Shown here: piece by piece, positions 21,875 through 29,467 of the stretch
Layout: the number at the start of each line of letters is the position of its first letter
Position numbering within the stretch: the stretch's first letter is position 1
NCBI GenBank assembly: GCA_043825615.1
Contig: JBDRRS010000007.1
Location: 1 to 32,000 of the forward strand
DNA from: a bacterium
Lineage (GTDB): Bacteria; CG03
DNA: 32,000 nt
Direction of reading: 5' to 3'
Translations under genes and position numbers: made by a program
The notes under the pieces: model-generated
Databases searched by the model: none
What the model was told of the DNA's origin: nothing
The model's input: the letters and a program-made list of their open reading frames with translations, nothing else

Positions 21875-22933
21875 CTACTTAAGTTCCTTAAACAGTTCAA
21901 TGAACTTCCCGGCTACTGCAGTAGCTGAATTTTCTTTAATAAACTTTTCTCTTTCTCTGTTTATCACTTCATACCGCTTATCTTTATCAAAGACGGACTT
22001 TATCCCGGAAACAAGCTCTTCGGTATTAGTAAAACTGATAATAGCGTCACCGAACATAACCGTAAAATCAGACGCTAACGCAACGATGGGGCAGCCGGAA
22101 CCCAGGCACTGGAATATTGTGCTTGAAAGGACAACCCGTCCGACATTCGGTTTGTTAACTACTAATACGTCAACAGCCTGAAGATACTCGTAAAGCTTGT
22201 TGATATCCGGAGCTTCCACCCTTATTTCCATATCCACAATGCCGCTCTGCTTAAATGCCTTGAGCATTTCAAGCGCCCGGCCCTGGTTTGTAACCCCTAA
22301 TACATAAAGCGGATAATCATTTTTAAGCGGCGCAATAGCGGGGATAAGAAGCGACGCCGCATATGATGCCGGACCAAACGTAAGAACAATTTTTTTCTCT
22401 TTAGGCAGACCTAATTTTTTTCTGGCGGCCTGTTTATCGCCCGTCTGCATATCATGCGCCGGATACGGAATCATATGAATCTTATTCTCGTCACACGTCT
22501 TTTTTAAAAAATTTCTATAACGTTCATCAAAAGCAATAACTGCATCCCAGTCGAACTGATAAAAAGACGGGTCTTTGGCTAATTCACCGTCGTGAATCAC
22601 GCTTATTGTTTTTGCTTTCTTACTGATTCTATGAAAGATTTTACCGAGTAAGTCCTTCGGCAGCATACCAAGATCCTCGACGATGAAATAATCATACTCT
22701 GAGATAAGAAACGGCACAGGATCAAGCTGTGGGGACTTCGCATTACTTGTCGTTATACAACGCGTTACATAGGGCTCGTCTTCACCGATAATATTGGTTC
22801 CGTGAAAGCTTTCTTTTAAAAACGTGAATACTTCCAGATGATGCCCCTGACAGACAAAAGCCCGTCCTATCATTTCACTGTGATAAGAAGCTCCTGAATC
22901 AGTATTCCAACCGCCCATAATTGCTATTTTCAT
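21875..22933 (-). CDS. Glycosyltransferase, GT-B fold (about 352 aa)
   Basis: MKIAIMGGWNTDSGASYHSEMIGRAF...; the C-terminal half with VDVLVVNKP...SSTIFQCLGSGCPIVA resembles group-1 GTs. Start set at ATG 22933 (GGGGG 5 nt upstream) rather than the GTG at 22975. Confidence 0.65.
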   Translation of the reverse strand: MKIAIMGGWNTDSGASYHSEMIGRAFVCQGHHLEVFTFLKESFHGTNIIGEDEPYVTRCITTSNAKSPQLDPVPFLISEYDYFIVEDLGMLPKDLLGKIFHRISKKAKTISVIHDGELAKDPSFYQFDWDAVIAFDERYRNFLKKTCDENKIHMIPYPAHDMQTGDKQAARKKLGLPKEKKIVLTFGPASYAASLLIPAIAPLKNDYPLYVLGVTNQGRALEMLKAFKQSGIVDMEIRVEAPDINKLYEYLQAVDVLVVNKPNVGRVVLSSTIFQCLGSGCPIVALASDFTVMFGDAIISFTNTEELVSGIKSVFDKDKRYEVINREREKFIKENSATAVAGKFIELFKELK

Positions 22934-23104
22934 AACAACCCCCAAAATACCCCGAAAGGGCACGCTACACAGCACCTAAACGGCAGGCTGCGCACTTCTG
23001 CTCCTGCGGACAGGTCACAGACAAGGAGCCACGGGCAGATTTCCCTTCAGGAAGGCATTCGCGCTCGCAACCGTGGGAATTCTACTATTAATGCAGCTTA
23101 ATCT
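22934..23104 (-). promoter_or_regulatory. GC-rich, stem-rich 5' leader of about 170 nt for the GT-GH130-GT4 operon (candidate cis-regulatory RNA, class unknown)
   Basis: It lies between a consensus promoter and the first GT start. Leader stems include CCACGG...CCGUGG enclosing CCUU-CCUG-AAGG, then GCAGG-N16-CCUGC, then CCC-UUUC-GGG followed by UAUUUUGGGGG next to the start codon. It is much more GC-rich than the flanking AT-rich spacer. Confidence 0.35.
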
Positions 23105-23110
23105 TCTTTT

Positions 23111-23139
23111 ATTATAGAATTATTCTGAAGTGAAATCAA
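23111..23139 (-). promoter_or_regulatory. Near-consensus sigma70 promoter TTGATT-17-TATAAT
   Basis: On the minus strand, -35 is at 23139-23134 and -10 at 23116-23111. Confidence 0.55.
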
Positions 23140-23183
23140 GCCCCTTGCGAAGGGTATTCCAGAGATTTATATCTGATTTTTTA

Positions 23184-24575
23184 TTACGGTAAAGATTCCT
23201 CCATAATTTCATATGTAAGATTTATTTCATCCACCAGTCTTTTTTTCATCCAGCTGCCTTTGAGAAACCAGAACAATGCAAGAAGTCCGCCGGTAAGATT
23301 ACTCAGAGGAAAAGCCCACCATATTCCTTTTTCCGAAAGCGCGGAGTAATTGGAAAGCCCGTAAGCAAGACCGATTCTGATTATAAGAAAACTCGCCAGC
23401 GTAAATAACATAGCGGCAACGGTATTTCCCGAACCCCTGAAGGCGCCGCCGAGAACTATCTGAAGCCCTGCAAAACCGAAAGTCAAGGAGACGATTTTAA
23501 TAAAAAGGGAACCTGTTTCAATGACATAGGGGTCGCCCGGTATAAAAAACGAGATAAGATTGCCCGAGAAAATATAGAACATGGCCCCCGCCGCAGTCAT
23601 CAGCACAAATGTCAAACCGGCGGCAATAGCCGCTGTCCTGGCCGCCCTGTCCGGTTTACCAGCGCCGATATTCTGCCCTACAAGAGTTGTCGTCGCCATG
23701 GCAACACCGACGGCAGGTATTATTATAAAACTCAATATCCTTGTGACTATGCCGTAGGACGCGACAACGGTCGTGCCGAAAGCTCCGACGAGAAATATCA
23801 TCACCGTAAAACTGAACGCCCTGATGGAATGTTCCACCGAAGCGGGCAAACCCAGCAGGAGGAGTTTTTTCGTCAACGGCCAGTCCGGTTTGAAATACAC
23901 AAGACGAAGTTTTATCCCGTATTTGCCGCTTAGAAACATACTCAGAGCTATCGCCGCAGCGAGCCCTTCGGTAATTATTGTCGCCATTGCCGCCCCTGCA
24001 ACGCCGTATGCCGGGATTGGCCCCCACCCCATAATGAAAATCGGGTCCGCAAGAAAATTCAGAATTACCGTCCCCAGAACGATAAACATAGGAATTTTGA
24101 CGACGCCCACCCCCCTGAGAATGGACTGGAACACAAAAAATGAAAACAGGAAAATAAGCCCTACAAAAGAGACCTTAAGATATGCTACCGCCCCCGGTAT
24201 CACCGCGGGCTCCGCCCCTGTGAGATTGATAAGAAACGGCGTAAGCATATAACCTGCCGCCGATATTAAAATAGATATGACTCCCAGTATAAGAAGAGTT
24301 TGAGACGCTATGTAATCAATACCGCCGGCGCCCTTGCCTTTATACTGCGCAACAAGAATGGTGCCGGCTATCGAAATCCCTGCGCCAAACGAAATCAGCA
24401 GAAAAAGTATCGGAAAACTGAAAGATACCGCGGCGACAGCTTCCTGTCCCACACGGCCCACCCAGAAGATATCTGTAAGATTGTAAACCGTCTGGAGAAT
24501 GTTTGCCATCGCCACGGGCCATGAAATTCTGAAAATGGCCTTGAGTATGGAACCTTCCGTTAAACTATGTTGCAT
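23184..24575 (-). CDS. MATE-family efflux transporter (463 aa, about 12 TM)
   Basis: ILKAIFRISWPVAMANILQTVYNLTDIFWVGRVGQEAVAAVSFSFPI... and an internal repeat with LLLGLPASVEHSIRAFSFTVMIFLVGAFG are typical of the MATE/NorM family. Confidence 0.88.
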   Translation of the reverse strand: MQHSLTEGSILKAIFRISWPVAMANILQTVYNLTDIFWVGRVGQEAVAAVSFSFPILFLLISFGAGISIAGTILVAQYKGKGAGGIDYIASQTLLILGVISILISAAGYMLTPFLINLTGAEPAVIPGAVAYLKVSFVGLIFLFSFFVFQSILRGVGVVKIPMFIVLGTVILNFLADPIFIMGWGPIPAYGVAGAAMATIITEGLAAAIALSMFLSGKYGIKLRLVYFKPDWPLTKKLLLLGLPASVEHSIRAFSFTVMIFLVGAFGTTVVASYGIVTRILSFIIIPAVGVAMATTTLVGQNIGAGKPDRAARTAAIAAGLTFVLMTAAGAMFYIFSGNLISFFIPGDPYVIETGSLFIKIVSLTFGFAGLQIVLGGAFRGSGNTVAAMLFTLASFLIIRIGLAYGLSNYSALSEKGIWWAFPLSNLTGGLLALFWFLKGSWMKKRLVDEINLTYEIMEESLP

Positions 24576-24645
24576 TATGCAAACCCCGTTAATCCGTCAT
24601 AAAAGGGAAGAACCGCAATGTTTTAACTGTACGTTGCCGTGATTT

Positions 24646-25884
24646 TTATGAAAGTTCAATCCTATCACGCATACCGTGCACAAGATTGGTCATAACCGTA
24701 AGGTAGTCCCTCAGATGGCGCGTTATCAAAAATTGCCCCCTGACAAACTCTCTCGCTTTTTCTCCCATATTCTTTAACTTGTCTTCCCGCTGCAGAAGAT
24801 AGCGCATTCTCAACGCCGCGCCTTCAGGCGTGCTTACAAGAAATCCCGTATGGTGATTGATAACCTGGCATCTGATTCCGCCGGTATCGCCGCCTATCAC
24901 GGGTTTGGACTTCCACATCGCTTCGGTTACGGTTAAACCGAATCCTTCACGCAGGGATTTCTGCAGGATAATATCGGCTCCTCTCTGAAGCGCATTGATC
25001 GTTGTATGCGCGTCCGGCGGCAGAACGAGAACATGCACATCAGGGTCGCTGTTTGCGGCAAGTTTCACTTCGTCAAGAACCCGCGCGCCTTCAGGGTCGT
25101 CGTCCGCAAACCCTCCCGCAAGAATGAGCTGCAGAGGGATAAATTTCTTTGCCATCCGGTAAGCGTGTATCACGCCCACAGGGTCCTTGAATTCATCAAA
25201 CCTGGAAACCTGCAGAACGACGGGACGGGATTTATCTATTTTGAATTTTTTAAAAACAGCGTCAATTTCTTTTTGCGGTAAATCCTTGTTTTTATCGCTT
25301 AACGGGTCTATGCTCGGCGGAATAAGATATTGCGTATGCGGCAGGGTCTGAGCAAAATCCGCTATTGAAAAAACACTGGCATCATACCCTGCTACGTACT
25401 GCTTCAGGTATTTCCAAACTTTCCTTTGGGGATTGCTTACGTCTATATGACATCTCCATATCCATTTTGCTTTTATACCGGGACACAGGGTTTTCATCAT
25501 TGCCGGCTGAGGGTCATGCGCGAATATAATGTCTGCGTCCTTCAGTTTAGGTTTGAGTATTTCCGCGTTTTTCGCGCTGGTATCCTCATACGCTTTCAGC
25601 ATGGCTTCGGTTATTTCCATACTTTTGCCCTGTAAAGCGTTATGGAACCTCTTGGTGCATTCAAAAAAATCCGGATTACCGTTCAAAACTTCCCATGAGA
25701 CCTCAATTCCAAGTTCTTGTTTAAGCGGCACGAGTTTATTTAATATTTCGGCGACGCCGCCGCCGCTTTTTGTGGAATTTATATGCACCACCTTTATTTT
25801 CTGCATGCCTTTCGCAAGCTGCCTGAGATGATTTATTACGTCTTTCCCCGCAGAATCGCCGTATTGTTCAAGTAATGATTTCAT
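24646..25884 (-). CDS. TreT-like GT4 glycosyltransferase (trehalose glycosyl-transferring synthase-like, 412 aa)
   Basis: VVHINSTKSGGGVAEILNKLVPLKQELGIEVSWEVLNGNPDFFECTKRFHNALQG closely resembles the N-terminal signature I remember for archaeal/bacterial TreT. The C-terminal part reads SLREGFGLTVTEAMWKSKPVIGGDTGGI. The actual acceptor is not determinable. Confidence 0.7.
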   Translation of the reverse strand: MKSLLEQYGDSAGKDVINHLRQLAKGMQKIKVVHINSTKSGGGVAEILNKLVPLKQELGIEVSWEVLNGNPDFFECTKRFHNALQGKSMEITEAMLKAYEDTSAKNAEILKPKLKDADIIFAHDPQPAMMKTLCPGIKAKWIWRCHIDVSNPQRKVWKYLKQYVAGYDASVFSIADFAQTLPHTQYLIPPSIDPLSDKNKDLPQKEIDAVFKKFKIDKSRPVVLQVSRFDEFKDPVGVIHAYRMAKKFIPLQLILAGGFADDDPEGARVLDEVKLAANSDPDVHVLVLPPDAHTTINALQRGADIILQKSLREGFGLTVTEAMWKSKPVIGGDTGGIRCQVINHHTGFLVSTPEGAALRMRYLLQREDKLKNMGEKAREFVRGQFLITRHLRDYLTVMTNLVHGMRDRIELS

Positions 25885-25885
25885 T

Positions 25886-26560
25886 TTAAAGAATCTCTAA
25901 CTTTTTTTGAAAAAAATCCGCAAATACCTTTATTAAATTTTTCTTGAGTTCTTCAAGAGTGCCGAAATAAGGGTCTATCCCGCCGAGCATACCGCGCAAA
26001 TGCGAATACTCATCCCCGAAATCGCGAAGCCACGCCGTAAAATCATCCGCATTATCTTCCGTCCGCCGGCGGGCGTCGATAAAATGATAGAAAATACTGC
26101 TCGCGGTCATATCCGGCAGACAATCCGCAAGCCCTGAAGGTTTATAAATCCGTTTATCCGTATTGAAGATAACAATTTTTGACCGTATGAAATTAAACTG
26201 ATTATCCTTCTTCGCCCACGGTACAGTTTCGCATTCAGCCAGCCGTTCTTCAATAAGTTCTATCAGTTCTCTCCTTATTTCTTCCAAATCCCTGAAATCC
26301 GCGGGATTCAGTACGCTGAACCTTTCCGCCATCACATTATCGTGAAGGCCGTGTCTCGCCCACGAGGCAAAATCGTTATTATACTCGGGGTCGTCAAATC
26401 GCGGGAGAAGCAGGCCGCCCCAGAAGTGATAATAAATACTTCCCTCATCAATCACTTCCAGCCTGTCCCTGAGTTCCCTTAAATTATGCGCCTTCTTGCC
26501 TGTGGCAATCGCAAGCAGCGCGCAATCTTTCAAAGTGAAAACCGATTCTTTTCTATTCAT
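25886..26560 (-). CDS. Conserved-looking hypothetical protein coupled to the TreT-like gene (224 aa)
   Basis: Long clean ORF with a 1-nt gap to the downstream GT start. It is acidic and soluble (IYYHFWGGLLLPRFDDPEYNNDFASWA...FYHFIDARRR). I do not confidently recognise a family. Confidence 0.6.
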   Translation of the reverse strand: MNRKESVFTLKDCALLAIATGKKAHNLRELRDRLEVIDEGSIYYHFWGGLLLPRFDDPEYNNDFASWARHGLHDNVMAERFSVLNPADFRDLEEIRRELIELIEERLAECETVPWAKKDNQFNFIRSKIVIFNTDKRIYKPSGLADCLPDMTASSIFYHFIDARRRTEDNADDFTAWLRDFGDEYSHLRGMLGGIDPYFGTLEELKKNLIKVFADFFQKKLEIL

Positions 26561-26602
26561 TTTCTTAAATCAATCGTAATTAAATTCTCCAACTATTTCA
26601 CT

Positions 26603-26631
26603 TATATAAATTTTTTCACGGCAAAAGTCAA
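26603..26631 (-). promoter_or_regulatory. Sigma70-like promoter TTGACT-17-TATATA, with a GTCAA-A-TTGAC inverted repeat over the -35
   Basis: On the minus strand, -35 is at 26631-26626 and -10 at 26608-26603. Confidence 0.4.
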
Positions 26632-26716
26632 ATTGACGGGCTGCCCCATCAAAAAACTTTGATGAAATTAAACAGGTAAATTCCTTTCAAAGATTTAGCC
26701 CGCTCTAAAAAGTCCT

Positions 26717-26836
26717 CATTACTCGGATAAGTAAATCATATCCTATAATATTCCTTCAACTGTTTAAGTTCGTATCTATTCAGCGGCATATACTTATTTA
26801 TTTCTTCCTGCAGGTCAACATCTTTTACTCTGTTTC
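26717..26836 (-). pseudogene. Fragment of a Fic gene 5' end (codons about 5-44), without a start codon and with an in-frame TGA
   Basis: 120 nt align with 30091-30213 (6 mismatches plus one 3-nt indel). Translation gives NRVKDVDLQEEINKYMPLNRYELKQLKEYYRI*, versus NRVKDVDRLQEEINKYRPLNRYQLKQLKEYYRIGFTYSSN in the intact Fic. Confidence 0.75.
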
Positions 26837-26868
26837 ACCTTCTTCCCCTTGCCCGGGGGTCATCAAAA

Positions 26869-27531
26869 CTACAATGATTTTTGAGCCAAAGAATGAAGTT
26901 CATTATTTGCCAAAGCCATCAGTTTCTTTTTTACCGTTCTTGAAAAATACTCTTTCTCGGTTTTCGTCAATTTTTCGTTTTTTAATTTTTTGTAAAACAA
27001 ATCTTTTTGCTTGGGCGAAAACACCTGTGATAAGGCAAACTCTAAATTATACTCATCTTTTAATTCCAGCAACTCCTTGAGTTTTGCTTTTTCTTTAAAA
27101 GCATAATTTCTGAACGTATCCTTTAACCTCCGACTTGATATTTTACGTTTTGCTACAAATAAATCCTCGTTATTTTTCATTTTTTCAAGATAGGCGTTGT
27201 ATTTATTCTTATCGCTTAAATTAAGAGAATTATATAACTCTTTTGACTGATTATTATCAAGGTTTAAATTACGATAAAGCGCTAACGATAATGCCGTTAA
27301 CTCGTAAAATATATTTTTATCGGACTTATTTTTCAGATACTTAACCGTTTTTTGAAAATCAAAAAAACCTTTTTTCACACCGCTGGCCAGCATTACGGGG
27401 AATCCGTCCCAAAGCCGCATATCCTTGCTTTTAACAACATCGGCCAACACGGCATTTACATCCAGTTTCTCTTCTTTTTTCATAACGGGGAAGCCAAGTT
27501 GATTTAGATTTTCAGTAAGATTGTTTTTCAT
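26869..27531 (-). CDS. Hypothetical Lys-rich helical protein, partner of the nucleotidyltransferase (220 aa)
   Basis: It overlaps the upstream gene by 20 nt, and AAGGAAGG lies 9 nt upstream of ATG 27531. I recognise no family. The gene is AT-rich. Confidence 0.5.
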   Translation of the reverse strand: MKNNLTENLNQLGFPVMKKEEKLDVNAVLADVVKSKDMRLWDGFPVMLASGVKKGFFDFQKTVKYLKNKSDKNIFYELTALSLALYRNLNLDNNQSKELYNSLNLSDKNKYNAYLEKMKNNEDLFVAKRKISSRRLKDTFRNYAFKEKAKLKELLELKDEYNLEFALSQVFSPKQKDLFYKKLKNEKLTKTEKEYFSRTVKKKLMALANNELHSLAQKSL

Positions 27532-28111
27532 CGTAAATACCTTCCTTTTTCAGTTTCTCAACAAAAGATTCAAAATATTTTATCACTTTATCTTCCGATA
27601 TATCATAGGACGCAGTTTTATAATAAAGCTGTTTTAACCTTTTAAAATTGATTTCATCTTTTTTCGCTTTAATCAATGCCATACAATCTTCAGTATCTAC
27701 GCTCAACGACCGGAATATTTTACTTATAATCAAATCATAATAATTCAAAGCTCCGAGATAAATATGATTTAATTCGGCAATAAAAATATGTTTATCCTTT
27801 TTAAGCGGCGATTCCAGGAGTTCCGTAGTGTGAACGCTTTTACCTTTAAACAAATCAAATACAAAATCACCTTCCCTTGCCCATCCATTGCCGGTAACCG
27901 GTTCATATCCAAGTTGCTTTAAAATATTTATGAGGTATTCATATTGTTCGGGCTCCGGGACTAACAAATCTATATCTTTCGTTGAGTCCTTTATACCGAG
28001 CAATGTCACGGCGGTTCCGCCGCATGCAATAAGATTTACCTTTATTTTTAAGAAACCATCCCATGCGGATAATCTCTCCAGCAGTTTTTGTTTATTTATT
28101 CTGTAATTCAT
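27512..28111 (-). CDS. Pol-beta-superfamily nucleotidyltransferase (AbiEii/DUF6036-like, 199 aa)
   Basis: NLIACGGTAVTLLGIKDSTKDIDLLVPE fits the hG[GS]-x9-13-DhD nucleotidyltransferase motif. Confidence 0.6.
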   Translation of the reverse strand: MNYRINKQKLLERLSAWDGFLKIKVNLIACGGTAVTLLGIKDSTKDIDLLVPEPEQYEYLINILKQLGYEPVTGNGWAREGDFVFDLFKGKSVHTTELLESPLKKDKHIFIAELNHIYLGALNYYDLIISKIFRSLSVDTEDCMALIKAKKDEINFKRLKQLYYKTASYDISEDKVIKYFESFVEKLKKEGIYDEKQSY

Positions 28112-28148
28112 ACATATAATTGTATGTTATCATACATTACCTTGCATC

Positions 28149-28177
28149 ATTTTATACAATAATAATAAATTTGTCAA
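28149..28177 (-). promoter_or_regulatory. Sigma70 promoter TTGACA-17-TAAAAT for the nucleotidyltransferase module
   Basis: On the minus strand, -35 is at 28177-28172 and -10 at 28154-28149. Confidence 0.5.
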
Positions 28178-28318
28178 GTGTTTTTTCAACGAGCGCCCTT
28201 CCACACCTGCCTGCCGTCAGGCAGAAATCAATCCTCACAAAAGGCATATCGTGTTCTCCTTATCCGGCAAAAAAATCAAAAGCATCCCCATTTTTCTCAT
28301 TTTCCGTACCCACATTTC

Positions 28319-28828
28319 TCATGGCAGCGGCTCTTTTAGTAATGCCTGATAAATCTCTAAATCACCCGGCGAGAAACAGCAGAAAATAACTTCGCATTTA
28401 TAATTGTTGGACTCCATAAATTTTATACAAGATTGAACTGCAATTTGTGCGGCAGATTTGGATGGATACCCATAAACCCCGGTACTGATACATGGAAATG
28501 CGATACTGTGACAGTTGTATTTCTTGGCGAGAGTCAACGAATTGATGTAACACTTACATAACAATTCGGGTTCTCCGGATAAACCACCATTCCAGACAGG
28601 GCCGACAGTATGGATTACATATCGCGACGGTAACTTGTAAGCTTTCGTGATCTTAGCATCACCAGCAAGGCATCCGCCAAGCGACTTGCATTCTTCCATG
28701 AGATCCGGTCCGGCGGCGCGGTGAATTGCCCCGTCAACACCACCTCCGCCCAAAAGAGTTTTGTTTGCAGCATTGACTATGACATCAACCTGAAGTTTTG
28801 TTATATCGGATAGAATTGTTTTCATCAT
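28319..28828 (-). CDS. Macro-domain protein (YmdB-like O-acetyl-ADP-ribose deacetylase / ADP-ribosylhydrolase, 169 aa)
   Basis: DITKLQVDVIVNAANKTLLGGGGVDGAIHRAAG...GDAKITKAYKLPSRYVIHTVGPVW...HSIAFPCISTGVYGYP contains all the canonical macro-domain motifs. Confidence 0.9.
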   Translation of the reverse strand: MMKTILSDITKLQVDVIVNAANKTLLGGGGVDGAIHRAAGPDLMEECKSLGGCLAGDAKITKAYKLPSRYVIHTVGPVWNGGLSGEPELLCKCYINSLTLAKKYNCHSIAFPCISTGVYGYPSKSAAQIAVQSCIKFMESNNYKCEVIFCCFSPGDLEIYQALLKEPLP

Positions 28829-28921
28829 ATCATTTTAGTCCGAGAAACCGCCTGTTAGCACTCATGCAAAATGGGACAAGTTGGCCGGGCGGCGGGATTT
28901 TTTAATTTACTCATCTTAATC

Positions 28922-28953
28922 AAAAAAAGTTTCGGGAGACGCGGTTATTCCCG
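28922..28953 (-). terminator. Intrinsic terminator after ssrA
   Basis: Minus strand: CGGGA-auaaccgcgtc-UCCCG, then AAAC and U7. Confidence 0.5.
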
Positions 28954-28955
28954 GA

Positions 28956-29302
28956 TGGTGGAGGTGGGGGGAATCGAACCCCCGTCCGATAATGCATCCT
29001 CCGGGTATCTACAGGCTTAGATTGCGATTTAATTTCTTTTTCCGAACTCCCGCAATCAGGATTCCGGAAAAATAGTTCCCTTAAATTTCACAGACGTCCC
29101 GGAAACGCTGACGTCTGCTATTCTGTCTGCTTGACGGCGTTACTGAAACCAACAGAAGAGTTTCAGACGCCGGACGAACCTAACAGGTCGCCGTTGCTAA
29201 TGTTGAGTTAGCGTTTTTTTTCGGTCGATTTTTATGGGGCCATCGACCAACCCCAGCCTGCTGCCTGAAAGAACGCTGTCACCGTCGAAACCAATCACCC
29301 CC
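28956..29302 (-). ncRNA. ssrA: tmRNA (347 nt)
   Basis: 5' GGGGGUGAUUGGUUUCGACGG... and 3' ...GGACGGGGGUUCGAUUCCCCCCACCUCCACCA. The acceptor stem has the G3:U pair, and the T-arm is GGGGG-UUCGAUU-CCCCC. PK1 is UGGGG-UU-GGUCGAU-GG-CCCCA-UAAAA-AUCGACC. An A-rich spacer and a GCU resume codon follow. Confidence 0.9.
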
Positions 29303-29467
29303 GTCAAACTTTTATTCAGGTTTGATTGCGCAACCGCTATATTAAAATACAAACTAAACGGGCTTATTGTCAAGATTCCGTCCCTGTTTTTTCCAACACT
29401 ATTTTTTATCCGGAAACTTTTCATCTGCCGGCGCGCCGCCCAAACCCCAGTTCTCTTTTCCAACTTT

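Noticed and set aside
16136-22975. Track start codons at 16136 (TTG), 16191 (ATG), 18018 (TTG) and 22975 (GTG)
   Set aside because: Downstream ATGs with proper SD spacing (16097, 16221, 18000, 22933) fit better. For nadE, a -10 box sits on the upstream candidate. The longest-ORF starts are probably over-extended.
23656-24524. ORFs 23656-24027, 23773-24252, 24300-24524 and 24340-24522
   Set aside because: They are embedded in, or antisense to, the MATE transporter gene.
28207-28224. Perfect hairpin CTGCCTG-ccgt-CAGGCAG downstream of the macro-domain gene
   Set aside because: It is not followed by a U tract on either strand, so it is not called as an intrinsic terminator. It may still be a stability element.
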